64,000 nt of DNA from a virus (taxonomy: Duplodnaviria > Caudoviricetes), in the IMG/VR virus record IMGVR_UViG_3300017700_000449, positions 6,470 to 70,469 of that record; one strand, written 5' to 3'. The notes beneath the pieces were generated by a model. The model did not search any database and was not told the origin of the DNA. It was given only the letters and a program-made list of their open reading frames with translations. A program made the translations under genes and the position numbers. Numbering within the stretch: the stretch's first letter is position 1; every line of letters begins with the position of its first letter. Shown piece by piece: positions 43,310-54,472 of this stretch.

Positions 43310-45388
43310 CTACGGGACGCTGCAAAACTCATAGACGTCGATACGACCTGGAGCGCCCGCACCTCCGTTCGCCGCGGCCGTGGACTGGGTGATGCTAGCA
43401 CCACCGCCACCGCCACCGAAACCTGTAGCCGCTGTTCCGTTGCCTGCCAAGACAGGAGTGACGGCGCCGCCGCTCGCAATGCCGCCAGAAGTCCCGCCCG
43501 TGCCAGTGATAGCGCCGTTCGGATAGAGTGCGAGAGCCGTTCCGCCCGGCGATCCGCTGGCGACAGAACCGACAACGCCGCCGCCGAGGCTTCCGTCGCC
43601 TCCTGCCCCTCCGCGATACGTTCCGTTCACGGATGAAGTCGCAAACGTTCCACCGAACCCACCGCTCGCTGCTAAAAGAGATCCGAAGCTAGTAGTGCCT
43701 CCGGTCCCACCGACCGCTCCACCGACACCGCCGGCGCCGCCGCCACCGATCGTCATAGTGATCGGAGTTGCGGCCGCGATCTGTGCTGCGGTCAGAAGAC
43801 TTTCAGCGTAGCCGCCGCCACCACCGCCACCGCCGAGACCGAACGTGCCGGCCGAAGAAGCTGGTGACCCGCCACCACCGCCACCGCCCGCCCTAGTCCT
43901 GACCAGAACGCTATTGAGCGTTGTGCACGACGTTGCGAATGTGCCGTTAGCAGTGATGGCCTGAGACTTCACCGCTCGGACTAGACCCGTCGCGATCGGA
44001 ACTCCGCTGTCCTGGATGACGGTCCCGCTCGTCCCGCTGAAGGTTGAGATGTTGCCGCTGACCGAAGATGCAGGGCCGGATACGTTGCCGCTGCCAGCAG
44101 GCGTGGCCCATATCCCGTCGCCGCGCCAGAACGTAGAACTGCTCGCGCCCGTCCCGCTGTTCAGGTTGGTGACGGGAAGGTTACCGATCACGTTCGCAAG
44201 AGGAATGCCGGTGATATTGGTCCCGACTCCTGAGGAGGGCGTTCCCAGGGCACCGCCGGCGAAATACGCCGCGCCCGTGCCCGTCTCGTCAGTCAGGGCC
44301 GCGCGCAGGTTGGCGCTTGACGGTGTTGCGAGGAACGCCGCAACGTTCGTTCCGAGGCCGCTGACGCCGGTCAGGATCGGAAGCCCGGTGATGTTGGTCG
44401 CGGTCCCCGACAGCGGCGTCCCGAGGGCTCCGCCGTTGACGACAGGGCTGCCAGCAGACCCCACGTTGATCCCGAGCGCCGTTCCTACGCCGGTGCCGAG
44501 ACCGGAGATCCCGGAGATCGGCAATGCGGTGCCGTTGGTCAAGTTGATGGACGCAGGAGTCCCCATGGACAGGCCGTTGGGGAGTACCGAGGAGATCGAC
44601 GGCACGCCAGAACCGGAAGTGACGAGCAGGCCGTTGTTCGCTGTCGCAAGGTTTCCAAGGTTTCCGCCGTTGTTGAACAGGAGGCCGTTAACCGTTCCGC
44701 TGGCGATCGACGTGGCCCCGACCGTGATGGCACCCGCAGACGCGATGATCGTGCAGCTTGCCCCGAGGGTGCAGGGCACGCTGTTGACTGTGACCGTCGG
44801 GCTGACGAGGTCAGCGTTCTTGACCAGGCCCGTCGCGGTGAAAGACGTGGTGATCGTCGCCCCGGCGCCGAAGGTCTGGAGTCCCGACCACGCGTTGGCC
44901 GTGGCGAGATTGACGCCGAGGTTGCCGCCAGCGGCGGTCAGCGTCGAGTTGAAGTTGAGAGCGTAGTTGGTGGACGATGTTCCCGGGAACGTCACCGCGA
45001 GAGGAGACGTTGCGGTGAAGCTGCCGGCGGTCGGGCTCGACAGCGGTCCGACCGTGACGCCGCCCGTTCGCAGGAAAAGACCAGCTCCAGTCAGCCACAT
45101 GTCGCCGTTGTTCGGCAGCGAAGGTGCGACTCCGGTCTGGAAGTTAAGGCTGGCCGCCGACGATCCCGACGCGGCCAGCGTCAGCTTGCCGGTCATGAAG
45201 CCGCCGGCGACGTTCAGCGGAACGAAGTTCAAGACGTCCTGCTTGCGCGCGAAGTAGCTATTCCACTGCGCCGCCGTTGGCACCTGACCCGTGATCAGGT
45301 TCGGCGACGACTGCGACAGCGCCGGCGCCGGCGCGAGCATGAGGACCGACAGGGCGAGTGACGCGAGGAGCGCGCGGATCTTGTCCAT
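43310..45388 (-). CDS. tail fibre-like protein with Gly-rich C-terminal domain and N-terminal signal peptide
   Basis: G/T/S/N-rich beta repeats, GGGGGG tracts; [26 protein letters not shown]. Confidence 0.75.
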   Translation of the reverse strand: MDKIRALLASLALSVLMLAPAPALSQSSPNLITGQVPTAAQWNSYFARKQDVLNFVPLNVAGGFMTGKLTLAASGSSAASLNFQTGVAPSLPNNGDMWLTGAGLFLRTGGVTVGPLSSPTAGSFTATSPLAVTFPGTSSTNYALNFNSTLTAAGGNLGVNLATANAWSGLQTFGAGATITTSFTATGLVKNADLVSPTVTVNSVPCTLGASCTIIASAGAITVGATSIASGTVNGLLFNNGGNLGNLATANNGLLVTSGSGVPSISSVLPNGLSMGTPASINLTNGTALPISGISGLGTGVGTALGINVGSAGSPVVNGGALGTPLSGTATNITGLPILTGVSGLGTNVAAFLATPSSANLRAALTDETGTGAAYFAGGALGTPSSGVGTNITGIPLANVIGNLPVTNLNSGTGASSSTFWRGDGIWATPAGSGNVSGPASSVSGNISTFSGTSGTVIQDSGVPIATGLVRAVKSQAITANGTFATSCTTLNSVLVRTRAGGGGGGGSPASSAGTFGLGGGGGGGGYAESLLTAAQIAAATPITMTIGGGGAGGVGGAVGGTGGTTSFGSLLAASGGFGGTFATSSVNGTYRGGAGGDGSLGGGVVGSVASGSPGGTALALYPNGAITGTGGTSGGIASGGAVTPVLAGNGTAATGFGGGGGGASITQSTAAANGGAGAPGRIDVYEFCSVP

Positions 45389-45392
45389 AGTT

Positions 45393-46175
45393 TCAGGCCT
45401 GCTTGTTTAGATCGGGGATCTGGTACTGGTCGACCGTGTCAACGGTCAGGTCTTCGATGTCGTGCAGTGCCTGCGCTGCGTTGCGGGATATCGCGACGTC
45501 GACCGCCTCTATGCGAAGGTTTTCTTCAAGAAAGTCGTTTTCTTCCGGCGTCCTGAGCGCCGCGACTTCTTTTTTCACGTCGACGACTTGAAGCTCTGGC
45601 CTCGGAACCGAGGATGCAGCTTCGGCAACAGGGTCTTTTATGATCCCCACCTTCGCTGCTGCGCGAGTCACGATACCGGGGCCGTTGCCAACGATGGCCG
45701 CGACCCTGTCGCTGTATTTTTGAATATCTTCCCTGAACTTGGCCTCGACCTTGGACGCTACCTGCTGGGAGCGCAACAAGTCTGCTGCGGCTATGTCGGA
45801 CGCCATCATCTCGCGTAGAGGGCGTTTGTTGACGGGCAGCACCGCGTTTCGAGCTTCGGACTCGGCCTGCAGAAGCCTGCGCGCAAGATCTTGTTTTTTG
45901 ATAGCAAGAATCTGCTCGGGGGTGGGGTCGTCGTCCTCCACGACGTAGATAGCGATCCCGTTTTCGTCGACGGCGGACGCGACCAGCGGGTTCGGCGCTT
46001 CCGGCTTAGGGCACGAAACCCACCGTTCGACATCGGGGATGCTTGGGTTCTTGGCGTCCTCGGCAACGCGCTTCTCCCTGGCGATCCAGTCGGTCAGTTC
46101 TTTTGCGTGCGCAGCCACGGCCAACTCGAAGCCGGGGTTTTCGCGAACGAACGATTTCTTAACAGAGAACGTCAT
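45393..46175 (-). CDS. possible tail fibre assembly protein
   Basis: Helical and charged; lies between two fibre genes. Confidence 0.5.
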   Translation of the reverse strand: MTFSVKKSFVRENPGFELAVAAHAKELTDWIAREKRVAEDAKNPSIPDVERWVSCPKPEAPNPLVASAVDENGIAIYVVEDDDPTPEQILAIKKQDLARRLLQAESEARNAVLPVNKRPLREMMASDIAAADLLRSQQVASKVEAKFREDIQKYSDRVAAIVGNGPGIVTRAAAKVGIIKDPVAEAASSVPRPELQVVDVKKEVAALRTPEENDFLEENLRIEAVDVAISRNAAQALHDIEDLTVDTVDQYQIPDLNKQA

Positions 46176-46182
46176 TTGGACC

Positions 46183-47340
46183 TCAGAGCTTCTGCAGCCA
46201 GTCGACCACTGCACTGCGACAGACCGTGTTGTGCGGCGTGCTTGATCCCGACGCCTGGGTGGTGAACCCATGAACGTGCAAGGCGCTTTGCCCGCCGGTA
46301 ACGAACGAGTAAAAATGACCGTGCTCAACACTGACGGCATCTACAGTGATGGAAACACCGGTGGCTCCGGTGGGAGATAGGGCGGACGAATCTCCCTGTG
46401 AGTAATTACGGTCGGAGTAACCAGGGACTCTCCCGTTGTGCGCGTGCGGGTTTCCAGCGTTCATCCCGCCAGTGGTCCCGCTTCCCGAATGTGTGTGGGT
46501 GGTGCTTTCTACGCCGGTTGTGCCGGTGTGAAAATGCGATCCGTTTTCGTCAACCGTCAAAGCGTGGCGGTTTTCTCCGACCAGTGAACCTGTCACCGTC
46601 GCGCTTCCTGATATGACAGGAACACCGGCCAGCCGACCCGACGCCCCATCGTTTCCGATCATTCCCGCGCCAGACATGTCGTAAACCTGAATCGGTTTAA
46701 GGGCGTTGAAGTCGGCCAGCGCGTTCGCGCCGCGACCGCCCGTCACCGGACACTGAGCGTTGGAAAATTTGTTCCACGTCTTCACGTAGAGGAAAACCGC
46801 CTGTGCCGAAGCAAACGTGGCCGGCGAACCGGCGGCGCCGATGGTCAGTCCGGCGCGGGCGACGATCCACCCGTCGCGCGGATCTGAAGGGAACAGGTTT
46901 CCGATGACGTCGCCGGTCCTGTATCCGAACGAAGGCTCCACCCACCCGGCGCCGAAAGCGTCCGGGTCGCTGACGTTGTCATCGATCGTGCTCATCCACA
47001 GCTTGCCCGGGACGATGGCCGACCGGATGATCGCTTCCGCCGGGTATCCGCCCGAGCCGGTGGCGAAGTCTGCGTCGTAGTAGACGGGACCGCCGACCGA
47101 CAGCCACCTGTCCCAGGACGTCGTCTGGAACATGATCCCGTTCTCGTCCTGCCCAAATGGCGGGATGCCGCCCGCGTCGATCGGCTGCATGTTGCGCGGA
47201 ACGAAGCCGTCGGTGAGCGAGGCCCGGCCGGGGTTGGTGCCGATCTGCGACTCGACCGGGATCTGCGAGATGTAGGGAGCGTCGGCGAACGCCGCGAACG
47301 GGATCGGAAACTTGGCTGGAATGTCGATTTTTTTCATCAA
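46183..47340 (-). CDS. baseplate-anchored tail fibre/collar protein
   Basis: FPIPFA..RASLTDGF..GGIPP.G.D.NG N-terminus; HxH repeats (HFH, HTH, HAH, HVH) in the C-half. Confidence 0.8.
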   Translation of the reverse strand: MMKKIDIPAKFPIPFAAFADAPYISQIPVESQIGTNPGRASLTDGFVPRNMQPIDAGGIPPFGQDENGIMFQTTSWDRWLSVGGPVYYDADFATGSGGYPAEAIIRSAIVPGKLWMSTIDDNVSDPDAFGAGWVEPSFGYRTGDVIGNLFPSDPRDGWIVARAGLTIGAAGSPATFASAQAVFLYVKTWNKFSNAQCPVTGGRGANALADFNALKPIQVYDMSGAGMIGNDGASGRLAGVPVISGSATVTGSLVGENRHALTVDENGSHFHTGTTGVESTTHTHSGSGTTGGMNAGNPHAHNGRVPGYSDRNYSQGDSSALSPTGATGVSITVDAVSVEHGHFYSFVTGGQSALHVHGFTTQASGSSTPHNTVCRSAVVDWLQKL

Positions 47341-48002
47341 ACCACCTGGACGATCGTCGCGGACACGCCGCTCGGCTTGGGCAGCACGCCCGTCTGAGAG
47401 AGGATTGCCAGCTCGACCGGCTGGAGGATGAACTCGAACGTGTAGGTCATCGTCATGTCCTGCCCGTCAGTGCAATAGCAGTTGCCGCGCCCCGGAAACA
47501 AGCTCCTCAAGATCTTGTTGATGCTTGGGATCGACCCGTCCGACACGTTCGCGAACGCTTTGGCGAGGATCAGGGTGCGGTAGGCGTCATCCGGAAGGTC
47601 GAAGTTCGTCGACAGCTTGTCTCCGACGTAGAACGGCGCGACGTTGTAGGGCTTCGCGCTCAGGTCGGTCGCCTCGTTGAAGCCGAAGTAGTCGCGGTCG
47701 CCCGACACCTGAAGCGTTCGCGACACGCCGACGATGCGCCCCCATATGTCGAGGCCGACCCCGGTCGCCGTGTCTACGTTCCAGATGCTGTCGAAGAAGG
47801 CGTCCATGTTCGGAGTCTGGTCCTCCGACATGTAGAACGACCAGATCAGATACGTCAGGATGTCGCTGTTCGCGTACTGGCTGATGATGGTCTGCCGATA
47901 TTTGAACGGAGCCGACTTCCCCCCGATCGGCGTGATGCCGATGACGAAACTTCCGATGCCGCCGCTGATCGCGTCGTCCGCTGGATAGGGAGGCCCGCTC
48001 AT
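47337..48002 (-). CDS. baseplate wedge protein (DUF2612-like)
   Basis: [36 protein letters not shown]. Confidence 0.82.
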   Translation of the reverse strand: MSGPPYPADDAISGGIGSFVIGITPIGGKSAPFKYRQTIISQYANSDILTYLIWSFYMSEDQTPNMDAFFDSIWNVDTATGVGLDIWGRIVGVSRTLQVSGDRDYFGFNEATDLSAKPYNVAPFYVGDKLSTNFDLPDDAYRTLILAKAFANVSDGSIPSINKILRSLFPGRGNCYCTDGQDMTMTYTFEFILQPVELAILSQTGVLPKPSGVSATIVQVV

Positions 48003-49432
48003 GACTGCAACGCCACTATGATGTCGGAGGCGGCGATCGTCGGCACCTGGTCGATGTCTACGTCGACGGAGTTGTTGATGCCGCGAGACGCCTTGATCGT
48101 TCCGGACGGCACCGTCTGCGTGTTGTTGATGAAGTATGTTCCAGCGCCTCCCGTCCCGGTCCCGAGCGACGTGATCCGCGTACCCGTAAGAATGCTGCTC
48201 CCGACGTTCGACAGCGTCTGTCCGACCGCCAGCGTTCCGGCCGACACAGACGTCACGGTCAAGGTCAGTCCGGAGATAGACCCGACGAACGTTGCCTGCG
48301 ACTGGTTCTCTGAACCGATGGTGATGGATACGATCTGAGCCCACGACCCAAGCGCCGCGATCGGCGCATAAAACCTGCTGGCGTAAATTGTAGACCCGAT
48401 CCGCGCGCGCTGACCTCCGTCGGCGCCGGCGAACGCCGCGATGATCGCTCCCTGAACGAGCTCGGCCACGTTGTCGGGGACCTGGGCGTTGTTGACCAGC
48501 TTGACTTCGTAGAGGATCGGCAGCGATCGCGGGATCTCGTATTTGACCTCGTACTGCGGGTAGGGGAACGAGTAGCCCGAGAAGTTGTCGATGATCGTTT
48601 CGGTGGTGTTTCCGTTGTAGGCGCAGCCCGGAGCCTTCTTCGTCCAGATAGCCAGCGCAACGTCTTGCGGAAGGCCACCCACCGCGGCGACGTAAAGTGA
48701 CTTCGGCGCGAGCGTGAAGCCGCCGATGGTCAGCGGCGTGGCGTTCACGTTCTCCGTGACGTAGGCGTCCAGGACGTCCTCGACCTGCAGCACGGCGCCG
48801 AGGATCGAAGGCATGGATCCTCGGGAGTTCAGCGCGACGGAGGCCTGGCGCCGAGCCTCGAACTCGCTCCGGCTCTCGACCTCGTTGCCGACCACGCCGT
48901 CGACCAAGTTGATGATGCTTTCCCAACCGTTGATCGACTTGTAGATCCTGTTCAGAGATCCGTCAGGGCAGGGGATGGCGCCGTTCACCGTGTTCGCGAA
49001 CTGCACCGTGACGCTGCCGCCGATCGGGATCACCGCCTCCTCGGTGGACTGGTAGATGTTGCCGTCCATCGCCTGGGCCAGCGTGCCGACCGGAAGAACG
49101 ACGCCGGTCAGCCCGCTGCAGACCGCTTGGACGACCGTCGGCTGCGACGAGTTTCGCTCGAGGTTGTAGATCCGGCCGATGGCGTCCTGCATGCGCCCCT
49201 CGGCATAGGCGGGGTCGACCTGGTTGGTGTACTCGACGAACGTGTCGTTCGCGTTGCCGATGATCGCGGCGAGGCTCGACGCGAGCTGTCCTTGCGGAGT
49301 CTCCAGCGACGGGTTCAGCCCGCCGCCGAACGCGTCGTTCATGTCCTGCATGACGCCGGCGACGATCGCGGATTCCGGCGGGGCGGTGAAGCCGCGAGGT
49401 CCGAAGGACGGTTTCGGAACGTTGCTTGCCAT
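47999..49432 (-). CDS. baseplate J-like protein
   Basis: [34 protein letters not shown]. Confidence 0.88.
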   Translation of the reverse strand: MASNVPKPSFGPRGFTAPPESAIVAGVMQDMNDAFGGGLNPSLETPQGQLASSLAAIIGNANDTFVEYTNQVDPAYAEGRMQDAIGRIYNLERNSSQPTVVQAVCSGLTGVVLPVGTLAQAMDGNIYQSTEEAVIPIGGSVTVQFANTVNGAIPCPDGSLNRIYKSINGWESIINLVDGVVGNEVESRSEFEARRQASVALNSRGSMPSILGAVLQVEDVLDAYVTENVNATPLTIGGFTLAPKSLYVAAVGGLPQDVALAIWTKKAPGCAYNGNTTETIIDNFSGYSFPYPQYEVKYEIPRSLPILYEVKLVNNAQVPDNVAELVQGAIIAAFAGADGGQRARIGSTIYASRFYAPIAALGSWAQIVSITIGSENQSQATFVGSISGLTLTVTSVSAGTLAVGQTLSNVGSSILTGTRITSLGTGTGGAGTYFINNTQTVPSGTIKASRGINNSVDVDIDQVPTIAASDIIVALQS

Positions 49433-49433
49433 C

Positions 49434-49784
49434 TCAGAACCCCGCCGCGGTCACGTTGCCGCTCTTGTCCGTCACCTGCACCTGACCGCGCACCTGACGC
49501 CCCTCGACGCTGGAGATGAAGCAGACAGCTTTCACCACGCCGGGGACGGTCATCGCGGCCTGCGCGAACTTCGCCTTCATCAGAGCCACCTTGCGCGGCT
49601 TGCCGAGGAAGTCCTTGAAGTAGGGGACGCCCTTCGACTTGTCGTACCAGAGCTCGCCCTGGAACAGCCGGATCGCGCTGGCCGCGTCCTGCGCGAGCGA
49701 GTAAGGCTCGCCGGCGACCGCCCAGTTCCCCGAGACGTCCAGGACGAAGTCCCACTCCACGGTGTCGAGCAAAAGGGTCCTCAT
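49434..49784 (-). CDS. baseplate gp25/W-like protein
   Basis: WD..D..GN.A..Q....[11 protein letters not shown]...GVPY. Confidence 0.78.
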   Translation of the reverse strand: MRTLLLDTVEWDFVLDVSGNWAVAGEPYSLAQDAASAIRLFQGELWYDKSKGVPYFKDFLGKPRKVALMKAKFAQAAMTVPGVVKAVCFISSVEGRQVRGQVQVTDKSGNVTAAGF

Positions 49785-49831
49785 GGCGCGGGACCGTACA
49801 TGGTGATGGTGCCTCGCCGCAACGTTCTCAT
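49781..49831 (-). CDS. 16-aa mini-[19 protein letters not shown] (translational relay candidate)
   Basis: Exactly fills the gap with ATGA overlaps at both ends. Confidence 0.4.
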   Translation of the reverse strand: MRTLRRGTITMYGPAP

Positions 49832-50562
49832 GGCTGCGCCGGCGTCGTGACCGCGAACGCTCCCTGAGCCGTGTGGCGATGGCTGGCGAGATCGATCGCA
49901 CCGGCCTTGACCGAGGCTCCCTCAACGGCGCCCGTGGTCTTCAGCGCGCCGGCGTAGGTCGCGCCGTTGGTGCCGAGCAAAGATCCGGACAGTTGCACGT
50001 TCTGGCTCGCTATCAGGAGCCCGGTGACGGTCAGGCGGTCGATGGTCCAGCCGTCGGCCTCGGTCGACTTCAGCGAGTGGCCGCCCTTCGCCTTGATCTC
50101 GATACCGCCATCGACGAACTCGATCGACTGTTCGACGTCGCCGTTCGCGAACCCGCCGAGGTAGACGCCGTCCGAGGCGCTGAACTTCCGGCTCGAGGAC
50201 GGCGGCGCGGCGGCCTTCGTCGACTTCACCGCCGAGATGTCCCTGTCGCAGCAGAGCAGGACCCCGACGTCTTTCTCGGCCGGCGTTCCGACGACCGCGT
50301 TCTTGCCCCACTGGAGCTGAGTGTAGGGGATGCCGAAGATCTTTCCCTGGTCGGTCGCGTTTCCGTTTCCGTCGACCAGTTTGACCAGAGGGAGGACGTC
50401 GACGGTCTTCGCGTCCTTGTTTACCGCCACGACCTGCACGGCCTTGACCGTCGACATCCCGGCCATGATCTGACGGATGATGAACTCGGTCGCGTTGTAC
50501 TCGCTCGACGAGTTGACGGGGCTTTGCTGGCCGTAGCCGGCCTGGTTGTCGTCCGCCATCAT
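49828..50562 (-). CDS. baseplate central spike (gp138/gp45-like)
   Basis: TVDVLPLV, GDxG-like DVGVLLCCDRDIS, SASDGVYLGG, HRH tip motif. Confidence 0.82.
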   Translation of the reverse strand: MMADDNQAGYGQQSPVNSSSEYNATEFIIRQIMAGMSTVKAVQVVAVNKDAKTVDVLPLVKLVDGNGNATDQGKIFGIPYTQLQWGKNAVVGTPAEKDVGVLLCCDRDISAVKSTKAAAPPSSSRKFSASDGVYLGGFANGDVEQSIEFVDGGIEIKAKGGHSLKSTEADGWTIDRLTVTGLLIASQNVQLSGSLLGTNGATYAGALKTTGAVEGASVKAGAIDLASHRHTAQGAFAVTTPAQP

Positions 50563-51449
50563 CGCTGCACCGGCGCTGGATACTTGGGATTGTAAGCCAT
50601 CATAGAGATCTCCCATTTGCCCTTCGGCACGAGGCTTTCGAGGTCGTAGTCCATCGCGTAGACCACCCATTCGCCGCACGCCGGCTGGAGCCTGCTCTCC
50701 ACCTTGATCTTCCCGTTGAAGCCGATCGAAGGGTTGAAGATGCTGCGCAGGGCGATGCCGTAGGCCGTGTAGGACGGGTAGCCGATCATCCCCGTCTCGG
50801 GAGAGATCAGCGGCACCGCGCCGCCGCGAGATCCGTTCTTCGGCCAGATCGCGAGCTTGCCGTTGTCGATAGTCCCCTCGATGTTCGCGTCGCGCTTGAT
50901 GGCGTCGAACTGCGTCTTCGGAGATCCGGGGTAGTAGGGGTTCGACAGCTTCGCCGTGACGCCGTTGTTCTCGAAGTAGAGCCCCATCTTGCCGGCGAGG
51001 TCGGCCATCATCACCGCGACGTCGCCAGATCCCTGGTTGCTCGTCACCGGGGTCGGCACCGTGGCGTCGGGAAGGCCCGTCTGCGCGCTGATGCGGAAAG
51101 CTACCTGCGGGGAGGCGTTGTGGTCGGCGTAAGCGGACAGGATGTAGCCCTGAAAGACGGTGGACAGACCGTCCTCGTCGCCGGCCTGCACGACGATCGA
51201 GTTCTTCGGCACCAGGTTGATCTGCACGCCGAGGGTCGAGAGCTGGTTCATCTTCGACTCGGACATGCCGTAGATCGTGATGTCAGCGGTGGAGTCGGAC
51301 GGTCCGCCCGCCTTGTTGACGCGGCAGGACGTGCGCAGCCCGGACAGCGTGACCGTGTTTCCGCCGCCCTCGAACTGCGGCTGCTGCGTGTTGCTGCCGG
51401 ACGGGGCGAGCGAGATCGTGGTCTCGATCAGGCGTTTCTTGAAGCTCAT
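50559..51449 (-). CDS. baseplate hub protein
   Basis: TADITIYGMSES, IVVQAGD..VFQG, ISPETGMIGYPS. Confidence 0.82.
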   Translation of the reverse strand: MSFKKRLIETTISLAPSGSNTQQPQFEGGGNTVTLSGLRTSCRVNKAGGPSDSTADITIYGMSESKMNQLSTLGVQINLVPKNSIVVQAGDEDGLSTVFQGYILSAYADHNASPQVAFRISAQTGLPDATVPTPVTSNQGSGDVAVMMADLAGKMGLYFENNGVTAKLSNPYYPGSPKTQFDAIKRDANIEGTIDNGKLAIWPKNGSRGGAVPLISPETGMIGYPSYTAYGIALRSIFNPSIGFNGKIKVESRLQPACGEWVVYAMDYDLESLVPKGKWEISMMAYNPKYPAPVQR

Positions 51450-51775
51450 GTCGTCACCTGCTCGACCTCGGCGGGGGTCAGATAGACCAGCAGGTAGCGA
51501 TCGCCGAAGCCCTCGTAGTTCGGGTCCGTGCCGAGGCCTTTGTCGTCGGTCTGCAGGTCGAAGAACGTGAAGTCCCCGGTGAAGCCGAGGGACAGGTCGC
51601 GCACCAGCCTGTTCAGGTTCTGGCACTTCACGCCGCCGATGATCAGCACGTTGTCGGCGTAAAGGTCGAGGAACACGCCGTAGAACCGCTGGTAGACGTT
51701 GATCTGGCAGCTCTGGTTCTCGATCTGCACGCTCAGGGTCTGCGACGGGACCTTGCGCAGGGGGATGGTCAGCAT
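51446..51775 (-). CDS. baseplate protein
   Basis: IPLRKVPSQTLSVQIENQ pattern; position. Confidence 0.72.
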   Translation of the reverse strand: MLTIPLRKVPSQTLSVQIENQSCQINVYQRFYGVFLDLYADNVLIIGGVKCQNLNRLVRDLSLGFTGDFTFFDLQTDDKGLGTDPNYEGFGDRYLLVYLTPAEVEQVTT

Positions 51776-51782
51776 AGCGCCC

Positions 51783-52400
51783 TCACTGCACGTCGGTGTT
51801 GAAGAACGAGGCCGGGGCTTTGAACGGCTGCGCCTGGACGGTGCCGTTGTTCGTCTGCGCCGCGCCGCTCGGCGCCTTCGTGTCGCTGAACGCGGCCTGC
51901 GCCGTGACGCTGATCTGCTGAAACCAAACGTCGACCGATATCAGGCCGGCGCCCGCCTGCGCGGTCCGCCTGTAGTCCTGCTGCTCGAAGTTGACGCTGG
52001 TGTAGATCTTCTCCGGCGTGACGACGTCGTAGAGCTCCAGGTCGCCCATCACCGACGCGATCGAGTCGAGGAAGACCGTTCGGTCCGACACGTTGCCGCC
52101 GCCCGAGAACCGGACCTTCACGCTGAACGGTGTCTGGACCTTGTCATAGTTCTCGAACCCGCCTTCCTCGATCGGATAGTCGGCGATGACCCACCGCTCC
52201 TTGAACTCGAGCGCGACGACGTTGTCCGCCAGCACGACCTGCTCGCCGTTCAGGAAGACGCCCCACTCGGGCCCGCCGTAGCCGAACACGAGCGACAGCG
52301 CGTCGTCGACCAGCAGGGCGATGTCCTCGATGGGACGCAGCGCGTCGCGCAGCAGAGCCGGAACGCCGGGGACGTCGGGGACGAAGGGAAATAGCGCCAT
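51783..52400 (-). CDS. tail tube initiator/baseplate protein
   Basis: IADYPIEEGGFENYDKV, YDVVTPEKIY. Confidence 0.78.
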   Translation of the reverse strand: MALFPFVPDVPGVPALLRDALRPIEDIALLVDDALSLVFGYGGPEWGVFLNGEQVVLADNVVALEFKERWVIADYPIEEGGFENYDKVQTPFSVKVRFSGGGNVSDRTVFLDSIASVMGDLELYDVVTPEKIYTSVNFEQQDYRRTAQAGAGLISVDVWFQQISVTAQAAFSDTKAPSGAAQTNNGTVQAQPFKAPASFFNTDVQ

Positions 52401-52401
52401 G

Positions 52402-53841
52402 TCACTGTGGTCCGCTGTTCGCGTTGGCCGCGCGGCTCTGGTTGCGCGTCAGCTCCTCCCGGATGTCTCCGCCGATCTGGCGGCCGTCGGCGCCGGGCTG
52501 CGTGTAGACGTTGAGCTGCTGGACGGTGGTGCCGGCGCCGCCTGACGCGCCTCCCTGCGGGATGCCGGCGAACTGTCCGATCCCGTTGTTGCGCGCGCCG
52601 TACCAGTCGGCCCAGCCGCGGCCGGAGGTCGCCGCGTACTTCAGGGCGTACTCGATGCCCTGCTTCTCGGTCTTCGGGTCGGAGGGGTCCAGGCCGGTGT
52701 CCTTGGCGAACATGTCGCCCAGGCTCGGCTTGCTGGTCTTGCTGCGGTTGAGCTGGAAGGCGCCGTACGACTTCTCGCCGGGTACCGTGCTGACGAAGTT
52801 GTTGAAGCCCTCGGTCTTCGAGACGCGCAGCGCGACCTCGGGGTCGATCCCGTTCTTGCGCGCGACCTCGCGAATGAAGGCTGCCTTCTCTTCCTGCGAG
52901 GTGAACGCGCCGCCTGCGGCCGCAGGCGCGCTAGGCGTCGCGCCCGACGCGTCCGACCCGACCTTGTAGCGTCGGCCGTCGTAGGCGCTGGTTCGATAGC
53001 CGTCCGTCTCCGTTTCGACGCCGCTGGTGTTGCCGGTCCTCATCTTGTTGAAGAACGACTTGCCCGCGTCGATCGTGCCGAATACGAAGCGCATCCCCAT
53101 CTGCTGGCCGGCGACCATCATGCCGTTCCAGCGGCGCTCCAGCGCGGTCGCGTCGTCGACGTTCTTCTGCGTGAGGCCGCTGATCTTCGCCAGCTCCTCC
53201 CGCACGCGGGCGCTGCCCTGCATCAGGAGGTCGATCGAGGCCGGGTCGAGACCGAGCCGTCGACCGAGCAAGCCGGCCTGAGCGCGACCGTCCGGGCCGC
53301 GGTCCGCGATGTTCTTCAGGTTGTCCGCGAGGTCGAACAGGCTCTGCTCGACGCCCTTGTTGATGTCGATGATCTTGCCGCCGGCGGTCGAGATCGCGCG
53401 GAAGTCTGCGATCATCGGCGAGACGATGCCGACCTTCCAGCCGGCGAATGCGTCGGACAACGTCGTGAACGAGTTCGCCATCGAGGCCGCGTCGCCGCCG
53501 AACACGCGCGCGACGCCCTGCCACTTGGAGACCGTCGTCGCGTTCTCGCTGATGCTGCGGGTCAGGCGGCCCACGCCGGCCGCGGCGGTGATGGTCTCGG
53601 TGGCGAAGTTGACCATGAACTTGCCGGCGCCGAGCGCGCCCAGGAAGACCGTCGCCTGTCGCGCCATGCCGCCGAGCGACGTTCCGACGTTCGAGACGGT
53701 CTTGTCGACGTTCTGCGCGCGGCTCTCCAGCTCGTCCTGGCTTTTCTTGAAGCCGTCGACCGCCTTCTTCTGGTTGGCGTTGAACTTCGTGGGGTCGAGA
53801 CCGAGCTCGACGACGAAGGAGTCGATGACCGTTGCCGCCAT
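52402..53841 (-). CDS. tape measure protein with C-terminal lysozyme/transglycosylase-like domain
   Basis: MAATVIDSFVVELGLD; helical body; ALRVSKTEG..YGAFQL..W. Confidence 0.82.
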   Translation of the reverse strand: MAATVIDSFVVELGLDPTKFNANQKKAVDGFKKSQDELESRAQNVDKTVSNVGTSLGGMARQATVFLGALGAGKFMVNFATETITAAAGVGRLTRSISENATTVSKWQGVARVFGGDAASMANSFTTLSDAFAGWKVGIVSPMIADFRAISTAGGKIIDINKGVEQSLFDLADNLKNIADRGPDGRAQAGLLGRRLGLDPASIDLLMQGSARVREELAKISGLTQKNVDDATALERRWNGMMVAGQQMGMRFVFGTIDAGKSFFNKMRTGNTSGVETETDGYRTSAYDGRRYKVGSDASGATPSAPAAAGGAFTSQEEKAAFIREVARKNGIDPEVALRVSKTEGFNNFVSTVPGEKSYGAFQLNRSKTSKPSLGDMFAKDTGLDPSDPKTEKQGIEYALKYAATSGRGWADWYGARNNGIGQFAGIPQGGASGGAGTTVQQLNVYTQPGADGRQIGGDIREELTRNQSRAANANSGPQ

Positions 53842-53842
53842 T

Positions 53843-54082
53843 TCATCGCTCCTTCTTGGGTCGAGGTCTGTTGATCCAGTCGACCATTAGGACCTCCGCG
53901 ATGTCGACGCAATCCTCGACCGACAGAACGGTGTCCAGCTCGTACTTCGTCGCCATCCGCGACGAGAGCGCGATGGCGATCAGTCGGGGGACGTTGGGGT
54001 AGTCGACTTTTGCGGGTCCTGTTTCTTCCGAGCGGGCTTCTGCGGGGACCGCTGGGAGAGCCACTCTTTCAAAGTAAAACCC
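53843..54082 (-). CDS. -1 frame extension of the tail assembly chaperone (G-T-like)
   Basis: Open -1 frame from slippery G GGT TTT to stop 53843; AIALSSRMATKYELDTVLSVED. Confidence 0.65.
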   Translation of the reverse strand, partial: GFYFERVALPAVPAEARSEETGPAKVDYPNVPRLIAIALSSRMATKYELDTVLSVEDCVDIAEVLMVDWINRPRPKKER

Positions 54083-54471
54083 AGGTGGAGATGGAGGACC
54101 TCCAGCCTCAAGAAGATGCGTGTGTCGGTCTCCTCGATGTCGGTTTCCAGCAGCGAGCGCTCGCCGCCCGCCTCGGCCGAGTACTGAACGCAACCCATCA
54201 TCTCGTCCATGAGGGGTTCGAGGTCCTCGAACTTGGACTCCGACAGCGCGGCGAAACCATAGAGCGCGAAGCCGACCATCCCCATGCTCGCGATCTCGGG
54301 CGGGATCTCCTTGCCGGCGCGCGCGATCGCGAGGTACGCGCGCGCAGCCCACTTCTCGGCCTTCGACGCCGGCAGCTCCGTGAGCAGGTAGCGACGACCG
54401 ATGTCGCGGCTGGCGGCGCCTTTCGCGGTGTTGTCCGCGGTGATGACGATCGTTTTTTGTTTGCGTGCCAT
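53980..54471 (-). CDS. tail assembly chaperone
   Basis: RDIGRRYLLTELPASKAEKWA; lies between tube and tape measure. Confidence 0.8.
   Translation of the reverse strand: MARKQKTIVITADNTAKGAASRDIGRRYLLTELPASKAEKWAARAYLAIARAGKEIPPEIASMGMVGFALYGFAALSESKFEDLEPLMDEMMGCVQYSAEAGGERSLLETDIEETDTRIFLRLEVLHLHLGFTLKEWLSQRSPQKPARKKQDPQKSTTPTSPD
54076..54082 (-). promoter_or_regulatory. programmed -1 frameshift slippery site GGGTTTT
   Basis: X XXY YYZ heptamer in correct phase (codons 131-132). Confidence 0.7.
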
Positions 54472-54472
54472 G

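Noticed and set aside
43640-43900. GGC/GGT-rich repeats
   Set aside because: Ordinary poly-Gly coding of a glycine-rich fibre domain
43310-47340. Diversity-generating retroelement acting on the fibres
   Set aside because: No reverse transcriptase and no TR/VR pair differing at adenines was seen
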